Source: the human T2T-CHM13v2.0 reference genome, Homo sapiens
Assembly (NCBI RefSeq): GCF_009914755.1
Contig: NC_060942.1
Reading direction: 5' to 3' (one strand)
DNA length: 64,000 nucleotides
The notes beneath the pieces are model-generated. The model made no database searches, had not been told where the DNA came from, and worked only from the letters and a program-made list of their open reading frames with translations. Of this stretch, positions 38,001-50,000 are shown one piece after another; within the stretch, counting starts at the first letter, position 1; each line of letters begins with the position of its first letter. The position numbers and the translations under genes are program-made.

Positions 38001-41000
38001 TACATATAAAAAGCAGTCAGCGGCATTCTCAGAAAGTTCTTTGTGATGATTGCATTCAAGTCACAGAATTGAACATTCCCTTTCACAGAGCAGGTTTGAA
38101 ACACTCTTTTTGTAGTGTGTGTAAGTGGACATTTGGAGCACTTACCGGCCTAAGGTGAAAAAGGAAATATCTTCCCATAAAAACTAGACAGAAGCATTCT
38201 CAGAAACTTACTCGTGATGTGTGTCCTCAACTAAAGGAGTAGAACCTTTCTTTTCATAGAGAAGTTTTGAAACGCTCTTTTTGTGGAATCTGCAAGTGGA
38301 TATTTGGCTAGTTTTGAGGATTTCGTTGGAAGCGGGAATTCATACAAATTGCAGACTGCAGCGTTCTGAGAAACATCTTTGTGATGTTTGTATTCAGGAC
38401 ACAGAGTTGAACATTCCCTATCATAGAGCAGGTTTGAATCACTCCTTTTGTAGTATCTGGAAGTGGACATTTGGAGCGCTTTCAGGCCTATGTTGGAAAA
38501 GGAAATATCTTCCCATAACAACTAGACAGAAGCATTCTCAGAAACTTATTTGAGATGTGTGTACTCAACTAAGAGAATTGAACCACCGTTTTGAAGGAGC
38601 AGTTTTGAAACTCTCTTTTTCTGGAATCTGCAAGTGGATATTTGGCTAGCTTTGGGGATTTCGCTGGAAGCGGGAATACATATAAAAAGCACACAGCAGC
38701 GTTCTGAGAAACTGCTTTCTGATGTTTGCATTCAAGTCAAAAGTTGAACACTCCCTTTCATAGAGCAGTCCTGAAACACCCCTTTTGTAGTATCTGGAAC
38801 TGGACTTTTGGAGCGATTTCAGGGCTAAGGTGAAAAAGGAAATATCTTCCCATAAAAACTGGACAGAAGCATTCTCAGAAACTTGTTTATGCTGTATCTA
38901 CTCAACTAACAAAGTTGAACCTTTCTTTTGATAGAGCAGTTTTGAAATGGTCTTTTTGTGGAATCTGCAAGTGGATATTTGGCTAGTTTTGAGGATTTCG
39001 TTGGAAGCGGGAATTCATACAAATTGCAGACTGCAGCGTTCTGAGAAACATCTTTGTGATGTTTGTATTCAGGACACAGAGTTGAACATTCCCTATCATA
39101 GAGCAGGTTGGAATCACTCCTTTTGTAGTATCTGGAAGTGGACATTTGGAGCGCTTTCAGGCCTATTTTGGAAAGGGAAATATCTTCCCGTAACAACTAT
39201 GCAGAAGCATTCTCAGAAACTTGTTTGTGATGTGTGCCCTCTACTGACAGAGTTGAACCTTTCTTTTCATAGAGCAGTTTTGAAACACTCTTTTTGTAGA
39301 ATCTGCAAGAGGATATTTGCATAGCTTTGAGGATTTCGTGGGAAACGGGATTGTCTTCAGGTAAAATCTAGACAGAAGCATTCTCAGAAACTTCTTTGGG
39401 ATGTTTGCATTCAAGTCACAGAGTAGAACATTCCCTTTGGTAGAGCAGGTTTGAAACACTCTTTTTGTAGTATCTGGAAGTGGACATTTGGAGCGCTTTC
39501 AGGCCCATGTTGGAAAGGGAAATATCTTCCCGTAACAACTAGGCAGAAGCATTCTCAGAAACTTATTTGAGATGTGTGTACTCAACTAAGAGAATTGAAC
39601 CACCGTTTTGAAGGAGCAGTTTTGAAACACTCTTTTTCTGGAATCTGCAAGAGTATATTTGCCTAGCCTTGAGGATTTCGTTGGAAACGGGATTGTCTTC
39701 AGAGAAAATCTAGACAGAAGCATTCTCAGAAACTTCTTTGGGATGCTTGCATTCAAGTCACAGAGTAGAACATTCCCTTTGGTAGAGCAGGTTTGAAACA
39801 CTCTTTTTGTAGTATCTGGAAGTGGACATTTGGAGCGCTTTCAGGCCTACGTTGGAAAAGGAAATATCTTCCCATAACAACTAGACAGAAGCATTCTCAG
39901 AAACTAGTTTCTGATGTGTGTCCTCAACTAACACAGTTGAACATTTCTTTAGACAGAACAGTTTTGAAACACTCTTTTTGTGGAATCTGCAAGTGGCTAT
40001 TTGGCTAGATTTGAGGATTTCGTTGGAAACGGGATTACATATAAAAAGCAGTCAGCGGCATTCTCAGAAAGTTCTTTGTGATGATTGCATTCAAGTCACA
40101 GAATTGAACATTCCCTTTCACAGAGCAGGTTTGAAACACTCTTTTTGTAGTGTGTGTAAGTGGACATTTGGAGCACTTACCGGCCTAAGGTGAAAAAGGA
40201 AATATCTTCCCATAAAAACTAGACAGAAGCATTCTCAGAAACTTACTCGTGATGTGTGTCCTCAACTAAAGGGGTAGAACCTTTCTTTTCATAGAGAAGT
40301 TTTGAAACGCTCTTTTTGTGGAATCTGCAAGTGGATATTTGGCTAGTTTTGAGGATTTCGTTGGAAGCGGGAATTCATACAAATTGCAGACTGCAGCGTT
40401 CTGAGAAACATCTTTGTGATGTTTGTATTCAGGACACAGAGTTGAACATTCCCTATCATAGAGCAGGTTTGAATCACTCCTTTTGTAGTATCTGGAAGTG
40501 GACATTTGGAGCGCTTTCAGGCCTATGTTGGAAAAGGAAATATCTTCCCATAACAACTAGACAGAAGCATTCTCAGAAACTTATTTGAGATGTGTGTACT
40601 CAACTAAGAGAATTGAACCACCGTTTTGAAGGAGCAGTTTTGAAACTCTCTTTTTCTGGAATCTGCAAGTGGATATTTGGCTAGCTTTGGGGATTTCGCT
40701 GGAAGCGGGAATACATATAAAAAGCACACAGCAGCGTTCTGAGAAACTGCTTTCTGATGTTTGCATTCAAGTCAAAAGTTGAACACTCCCTTTCATAGAG
40801 CAGTCCTGAAACACCCCTTTTGTAGTATCTGGAACTGGACTTTTGGAGCGATTTCAGGGCTAAGGTGAAAAAGGAAATATCTTCCCATAAAAACTGGACA
40901 GAAGCATTCTCAGAAACTTGTTTATGCTGTATCTACTCAACTAACAAAGTTGAACCTTTCTTTTGATAGAGCAGTTTTGAAATGGTCTTTTTGTGGAATC

Positions 41001-44000
41001 TGCAAGTGGATATTTGGCTAGTTTTGAGGATTTCGTTGGAAGCGGGAATTCATACAAATTGCAGACTGCAGCGTTCTGAGAAACATCTTTGTGATGTTTG
41101 TATTCAGGACACAGAGTTGAACATTCCCTATCATAGAGCAGGTTGGAATCACTCCTTTTGTAGTATCTGGAAGTGGACATTTGGAGCGCTTTCAGGCCTA
41201 TTTTGGAAAGGGAAATATCTTCCCGTAACAACTATGCAGAAGCATTCTCAGAAACTTGTTTGTGATGTGTGCCCTCTACTGACAGAGTTGAACCTTTCTT
41301 TTCATAGAGCAGTTTTGAAACACTCTTTTTGTAGAATCTGCAAGAGGATATTTGCATAGCTTTGAGGATTTCGTGGGAAACGGGATTGTCTTCAGGTAAA
41401 ATCTAGACAGAAGCATTCTCAGAAACTTCTTTGGGATGTTTGCATTCAAGTCACAGAGTAGAACATTCCCTTTGGTAGAGCAGGTTTGAAACACTCTTTT
41501 TGTAGTATCTGGAAGTGGACATTTGGAGCGCTTTCAGGCCCATGTTGGAAAGGGAAATATCTTCCCGTAACAACTAGGCAGAAGCATTCTCAGAAACTTA
41601 TTTGAGATGTGTGTACTCAACTAAGAGAATTGAACCACCGTTTTGAAGGAGCAGTTTTGAAACACTCTTTTTCTGGAATCTGCAAGAGTATATTTGCCTA
41701 GCCTTGAGGATTTCGTTGGAAACGGGATTGTCTTCAGAGAAAATCTAGACAGAAGCATTCTCAGAAACTTCTTTGGGATGCTTGCATTCAAGTCACAGAG
41801 TAGAACATTCCCTTTGGTAGAGCAGGTTTGAAACACTCTTTTTGTAGTATCTGGAAGTGGACATTTGGAGCGCTTTCAGGCCTACGTTGGAAAAGGAAAT
41901 ATCTTCCCATAACAACTAGACAGAAGCATTCTCAGAAACTAGTTTCTGATGTGTGTCCTCAACTAACACAGTTGAACATTTCTTTAGACAGAACAGTTTT
42001 GAAACACTCTTTTTGTGGAATCTGCAAGTGGCTATTTGGCTAGATTTGAGGATTTCGTTGGAAACGGGATTACATATAAAAAGCAGTCAGCGGCATTCTC
42101 AGAAAGTTCTTTGTGATGATTGCATTCAAGTCACAGAATTGAACATTCCCTTTCACAGAGCAGGTTTGAAACACTCTTTTTGTAGTGTGTGTAAGTGGAC
42201 ATTTGGAGCACTTACCGGCCTAAGGTGAAAAAGGAAATATCTTCCCATAAAAACTAGACAGAAGCATTCTCAGAAACTTACTCGTGATGTGTGTCCTCAA
42301 CTAAAGGGGTAGAACCTTTCTTTTCATAGAGAAGTTTTGAAACGCTCTTTTTGTGGAATCTGCAAGTGGATATTTGGCTAGTTTTGAGGATTTCGTTGGA
42401 AGCGGGAATTCATACAAATTGCAGACTGCAGCGTTCTGAGAAACATCTTTGTGATGTTTGTATTCAGGACACAGAGTTGAACATTCCCTATCATAGAGCA
42501 GGTTTGAATCACTCCTTTTGTAGTATCTGGAAGTGGACATTTGGAGCGCTTTCAGGCCTATGTTGGAAAAGGAAATATCTTCCCATAACAACTAGACAGA
42601 AGCATTCTCAGAAACTTATTTGAGATGTGTGTACTCAACTAAGAGAATTGAACCACCGTTTTGAAGGAGCAGTTTTGAAACTCTCTTTTTCTGGAATCTG
42701 CAAGTGGATATTTGGCTAGCTTTGGGGATTTCGCTGGAAGCGGGAATACATATAAAAAGCACACAGCAGCGTTCTGAGAAACTGCTTTCTGATGTTTGCA
42801 TTCAAGTCAAAAGTTGAACACTCCCTTTCATAGAGCAGTCCTGAAACACCCCTTTTGTAGTATCTGGAACTGGACTTTTGGAGCGATTTCAGGGCTAAGG
42901 TGAAAAAGGAAATATCTTCCCATAAAAACTGGACAGAAGCATTCTCAGAAACTTGTTTATGCTGTATCTACTCAACTAACAAAGTTGAACCTTTCTTTTG
43001 ATAGAGCAGTTTTGAAATGGTCTTTTTGTGGAATCTGCAAGTGGATATTTGGCTAGTTTTGAGGATTTCGTTGGAAGCGGGAATTCATACAAATTGCAGA
43101 CTGCAGCGTTCTGAGAAACATCTTTGTGATGTTTGTATTCAGGACACAGAGTTGAACATTCCCTATCATAGAGCAGGTTGGAATCACTCCTTTTGTAGTA
43201 TCTGGAAGTGGACATTTGGAGCGCTTTCAGGCCTATTTTGGAAAGGGAAATATCTTCCCGTAACAACTATGCAGAAGCATTCTCAGAAACTTGTTTGTGA
43301 TGTGTGCCCTCTACTGACAGAGTTGAACCTTTCTTTTCATAGAGCAGTTTTGAAACACTCTTTTTGTAGAATCTGCAAGAGGATATTTGCATAGCTTTGA
43401 GGATTTCGTGGGAAACGGGATTGTCTTCAGGTAAAATCTAGACAGAAGCATTCTCAGAAACTTCTTTGGGATGTTTGCATTCAAGTCACAGAGTAGAACA
43501 TTCCCTTTGGTAGAGCAGGTTTGAAACACTCTTTTTGTAGTATCTGGAAGTGGACATTTGGAGCGCTTTCAGGCCCATGTTGGAAAGGGAAATATCTTCC
43601 CGTAACAACTAGGCAGAAGCATTCTCAGAAACTTATTTGAGATGTGTGTACTCAACTAAGAGAATTGAACCACCGTTTTGAAGGAGCAGTTTTGAAACAC
43701 TCTTTTTCTGGAATCTGCAAGAGTATATTTGCCTAGCCTTGAGGATTTCGTTGGAAACGGGATTGTCTTCAGAGAAAATCTAGACAGAAGCATTCTCAGA
43801 AACTTCTTTGGGATGCTTGCATTCAAGTCACAGAGTAGAACATTCCCTTTGGTAGAGCAGGTTTGAAACACTCTTTTTGTAGTATCTGGAAGTGGACATT
43901 TGGAGCGCTTTCAGGCCTACGTTGGAAAAGGAAATATCTTCCCATAACAACTAGACAGAAGCATTCTCAGAAACTAGTTTCTGATGTGTGTCCTCAACTA

Positions 44001-47000
44001 ACACAGTTGAACATTTCTTTAGACAGAACAGTTTTGAAACACTCTTTTTGTGGAATCTGCAAGTGGCTATTTGGCTAGATTTGAGGATTTCGTTGGAAAC
44101 GGGATTACATATAAAAAGCAGTCAGCGGCATTCTCAGAAAGTTCTTTGTGATGATTGCATTCAAGTCACAGAATTGAACATTCCCTTTCACAGAGCAGGT
44201 TTGAAACACTCTTTTTGTAGTGTGTGTAAGTGGACATTTGGAGCACTTACCGGCCTAAGGTGAAAAAGGAAATATCTTCCCATAAAAACTAGACAGAAGC
44301 ATTCTCAGAAACTTACTCGTGATGTGTGTCCTCAACTAAAGGAGTAGAACCTTTCTTTTCATAGAGAAGTTTTGAAACGCTCTTTTTGTGGAATCTGCAA
44401 GTGGATATTTGGCTAGTTTTGAGGATTTCGTTGGAAGCGGGAATTCATACAAATTGCAGACTGCAGCGTTCTGAGAAACATCTTTGTGATGTTTGTATTC
44501 AGGACACAGAGTTGAACATTCCCTATCATAGAGCAGGTTTGAATCACTCCTTTTGTAGTATCTGGAAGTGGACATTTGGAGCGCTTTCAGGCCTATGTTG
44601 GAAAAGGAAATATCTTCCCATAACAACTAGACAGAAGCATTCTCAGAAACTTATTTGAGATGTGTGTACTCAACTAAGAGAATTGAACCACCGTTTTGAA
44701 GGAGCAGTTTTGAAACTCTCTTTTTCTGGAATCTGCAAGTGGATATTTGGCTAGCTTTGGGGATTTCGCTGGAAGCGGGAATACATATAAAAAGCACACA
44801 GCAGCGTTCTGAGAAACTGCTTTCTGATGTTTGCATTCAAGTCAAAAGTTGAACACTCCCTTTCATAGAGCAGTCCTGAAACACCCCTTTTGTAGTATCT
44901 GGAACTGGACTTTTGGAGCGATTTCAGGGCTAAGGTGAAAAAGGAAATATCTTCCCATAAAAACTGGACAGAAGCATTCTCAGAAACTTGTTTATGCTGT
45001 ATCTACTCAACTAACAAAGTTGAACCTTTCTTTTGATAGAGCAGTTTTGAAATGGTCTTTTTGTGGAATCTGCAAGTGGATATTTGGCTAGTTTTGAGGA
45101 TTTCGTTGGAAGCGGGAATTCATACAAATTGCAGACTGCAGCGTTCTGAGAAACATCTTTGTGATGTTTGTATTCAGGACACAGAGTTGAACATTCCCTA
45201 TCATAGAGCAGGTTGGAATCACTCCTTTTGTAGTATCTGGAAGTGGACATTTGGAGCGCTTTCAGGCCTATTTTGGAAAGGGAAATATCTTCCCGTAACA
45301 ACTATGCAGAAGCATTCTCAGAAACTTGTTTGTGATGTGTGCCCTCTACTGACAGAGTTGAACCTTTCTTTTCATAGAGCAGTTTTGAAACACTCTTTTT
45401 GTAGAATCTGCAAGAGGATATTTGCATAGCTTTGAGGATTTCGTGGGAAACGGGATTGTCTTCAGGTAAAATCTAGACAGAAGCATTCTCAGAAACTTCT
45501 TTGGGATGTTTGCATTCAAGTCACAGAGTAGAACATTCCCTTTGGTAGAGCAGGTTTGAAACACTCTTTTTGTAGTATCTGGAAGTGGACATTTGGAGCG
45601 CTTTCAGGCCCATGTTGGAAAGGGAAATATCTTCCCGTAACAACTAGGCAGAAGCATTCTCAGAAACTTATTTGAGATGTGTGTACTCAACTAAGAGAAT
45701 TGAACCACCGTTTTGAAGGAGCAGTTTTGAAACACTCTTTTTCTGGAATCTACAAGAGTATATTTGCCTAGCCTTGAGGATTTCGTTGGAAACGGGATTG
45801 TCTTCAGAGAAAATCTAGACAGAAGCATTCTCAGAAACTTCTTTGGGATGCTTGCATTCAAGTCACAGAGTAGAACATTCCCTTTGGTAGAGCAGGTTTG
45901 AAACACTCTTTTTGTAGTATCTGGAAGTGGACATTTGGAGCGCTTTCAGGCCTACGTTGGAAAAGGAAATATCTTCCCATAACAACTAGACAGAAGCATT
46001 CTCAGAAACTAGTTTCTGATGTGTGTCCTCAACTAACACAGTTGAACATTTCTTTAGACAGAACAGTTTTGAAACACTCTTTTTGTGGAATCTGCAAGTG
46101 GCTATTTGGCTAGATTTGAGGATTTCGTTGGAAACGGGATTACATATAAAAAGCAGTCAGCGGCATTCTCAGAAAGTTCTTTGTGATGATTGCATTCAAG
46201 TCACAGAATTGAACATTCCCTTTCACAGAGCAGGTTTGAAACACTCTTTTTGTAGTGTGTGTAAGTGGACATTTGGAGCACTTACCGGCCTAAGGTGAAA
46301 AAGGAAATATCTTCCCATAAAAACTAGACAGAAGCATTCTCAGAAACTTACTCGTGATGTGTGTCCTCAACTAAAGGAGTAGAACCTTTCTTTTCATAGA
46401 GAAGTTTTGAAACGCTCTTTTTGTGGAATCTGCAAGTGGATATTTGGCTAGTTTTGAGGATTTCGTTGGAAGCGGGAATTCATACAAATTGCAGACTGCA
46501 GCGTTCTGAGAAACATCTTTGTGATGTTTGTATTCAGGACACAGAGTTGAACATTCCCTATCATAGAGCAGGTTTGAATCACTCCTTTTGTAGTATCTGG
46601 AAGTGGACATTTGGAGCGCTTTCAGGCCTATGTTGGAAAAGGAAATATCTTCCCATAACAACTAGACAGAAGCATTCTCAGAAACTTATTTGAGATGTGT
46701 GTACTCAACTAAGAGAATTGAACCACCGTTTTGAAGGAGCAGTTTTGAAACTCTCTTTTTCTGGAATCTGCAAGTGGATATTTGGCTAGCTTTGGGGATT
46801 TCGCTGGAAGCGGGAATACATATAAAAAGCACACAGCAGCGTTCTGAGAAACTGCTTTCTGATGTTTGCATTCAAGTCAAAAGTTGAACACTCCCTTTCA
46901 TAGAGCAGTCCTGAAACACCCCTTTTGTAGTATCTGGAACTGGACTTTTGGAGCGATTTCAGGGCTAAGGTGAAAAAGGAAATATCTTCCCATAAAAACT

Positions 47001-50000
47001 GGACAGAAGCATTCTCAGAAACTTGTTTATGCTGTATCTACTCAACTAACAAAGTTGAACCTTTCTTTTGATAGAGCAGTTTTGAAATGGTCTTTTTGTG
47101 GAATCTGCAAGTGGATATTTGGCTAGTTTTGAGGATTTCGTTGGAAGCGGGAATTCATACAAATTGCAGACTGCAGCGTTCTGAGAAACATCTTTGTGAT
47201 GTTTGTATTCAGGACACAGAGTTGAACATTCCCTATCATAGAGCAGGTTGGAATCACTCCTTTTGTAGTATCTGGAAGTGGACATTTGGAGCGCTTTCAG
47301 GCCTATTTTGGAAAGGGAAATATCTTCCCGTAACAACTATGCAGAAGCATTCTCAGAAACTTGTTTGTGATGTGTGCCCTCTACTGACAGAGTTGAACCT
47401 TTCTTTTCATAGAGCAGTTTTGAAACACTCTTTTTGTAGAATCTGCAAGAGGATATTTGCATAGCTTTGAGGATTTCGTGGGAAACGGGATTGTCTTCAG
47501 GTAAAATCTAGACAGAAGCATTCTCAGAAACTTCTTTGGGATGTTTGCATTCAAGTCACAGAGTAGAACATTCCCTTTGGTAGAGCAGGTTTGAAACACT
47601 CTTTTTGTAGTATCTGGAAGTGGACATTTGGAGCGCTTTCAGGCCCATGTTGGAAAGGGAAATATCTTCCCGTAACAACTAGGCAGAAGCATTCTCAGAA
47701 ACTTATTTGAGATGTGTGTACTCAACTAAGAGAATTGAACCACCGTTTTGAAGGAGCAGTTTTGAAACACTCTTTTTCTGGAATCTGCAAGAGTATATTT
47801 GCCTAGCCTTGAGGATTTCGTTGGAAACGGGATTGTCTTCAGAGAAAATCTAGACAGAAGCATTCTCAGAAACTTCTTTGGGATGCTTGCATTCAAGTCA
47901 CAGAGTAGAACATTCCCTTTGGTAGAGCAGGTTTGAAACACTCTTTTTGTAGTATCTGGAAGTGGACATTTGGAGCGCTTTCAGGCCTACGTTGGAAAAG
48001 GAAATATCTTCCCATAACAACTAGACAGAAGCATTCTCAGAAACTAGTTTCTGATGTGTGTCCTCAACTAACACAGTTGAACATTTCTTTAGACAGAACA
48101 GTTTTGAAACACTCTTTTTGTGGAATCTGCAAGTGGCTATTTGGCTAGATTTGAGGATTTCGTTGGAAACGGGATTACATATAAAAAGCAGTCAGCGGCA
48201 TTCTCAGAAAGTTCTTTGTGATGATTGCATTCAAGTCACAGAATTGAACATTCCCTTTCACAGAGCAGGTTTGAAACACTCTTTTTGTAGTGTGTGTAAG
48301 TGGACATTTGGAGCACTTACCGGCCTAAGGTGAAAAAGGAAATATCTTCCCATAAAAACTAGACAGAAGCATTCTCAGAAACTTACTCGTGATGTGTGTC
48401 CTCAACTAAAGGAGTAGAACCTTTCTTTTCATAGAGAAGTTTTGAAACGCTCTTTTTGTGGAATCTGCAAGTGGATATTTGGCTAGTTTTGAGGATTTCG
48501 TTGGAAGCGGGAATTCATACAAATTGCAGACTGCAGCGTTCTGAGAAACATCTTTGTGATGTTTGTATTCAGGACACAGAGTTGAACATTCCCTATCATA
48601 GAGCAGGTTTGAATCACTCCTTTTGTAGTATCTGGAAGTGGACATTTGGAGCGCTTTCAGGCCTATGTTGGAAAAGGAAATATCTTCCCATAACAACTAG
48701 ACAGAAGCATTCTCAGAAACTTATTTGAGATGTGTGTACTCAACTAAGAGAATTGAACCACCGTTTTGAAGGAGCAGTTTTGAAACTCTCTTTTTCTGGA
48801 ATCTGCAAGTGGATATTTGGCTAGCTTTGGGGATTTCGCTGGAAGCGGGAATACATATAAAAAGCACACAGCAGCGTTCTGAGAAACTGCTTTCTGATGT
48901 TTGCATTCAAGTCAAAAGTTGAACACTCCCTTTCATAGAGCAGTCCTGAAACACCCCTTTTGTAGTATCTGGAACTGGACTTTTGGAGCGATTTCAGGGC
49001 TAAGGTGAAAAAGGAAATATCTTCCCATAAAAACTGGACAGAAGCATTCTCAGAAACTTGTTTATGCTGTATCTACTCAACTAACAAAGTTGAACCTTTC
49101 TTTTGATAGAGCAGTTTTGAAATGGTCTTTTTGTGGAATCTGCAAGTGGATATTTGGCTAGTTTTGAGGATTTCGTTGGAAGCGGGAATTCATACAAATT
49201 GCAGACTGCAGCGTTCTGAGAAACATCTTTGTGATGTTTGTATTCAGGACACAGAGTTGAACATTCCCTATCATAGAGCAGGTTGGAATCACTCCTTTTG
49301 TAGTATCTGGAAGTGGACATTTGGAGCGCTTTCAGGCCTATTTTGGAAAGGGAAATATCTTCCCGTAACAACTATGCAGAAGCATTCTCAGAAACTTGTT
49401 TGTGATGTGTGCCCTCTACTGACAGAGTTGAACCTTTCTTTTCATAGAGCAGTTTTGAAACACTCTTTTTGTAGAATCTGCAAGAGGATATTTGCATAGC
49501 TTTGAGGATTTCGTGGGAAACGGGATTGTCTTCAGGTAAAATCTAGACAGAAGCATTCTCAGAAACTTCTTTGGGATGTTTGCATTCAAGTCACAGAGTA
49601 GAACATTCCCTTTGGTAGAGCAGGTTTGAAACACTCTTTTTGTAGTATCTGGAAGTGGACATTTGGAGCGCTTTCAGGCCCATGTTGGAAAGGGAAATAT
49701 CTTCCCGTAACAACTAGGCAGAAGCATTCTCAGAAACTTATTTGAGATGTGTGTACTCAACTAAGAGAATTGAACCACCGTTTTGAAGGAGCAGTTTTGA
49801 AACACTCTTTTTCTGGAATCTGCAAGAGTATATTTGCCTAGCCTTGAGGATTTCGTTGGAAACGGGATTGTCTTCAGAGAAAATCTAGACAGAAGCATTC
49901 TCAGAAACTTCTTTGGGATGCTTGCATTCAAGTCACAGAGTAGAACATTCCCTTTGGTAGAGCAGGTTTGAAACACTCTTTTTTTAGTATCTGGAAGTGG

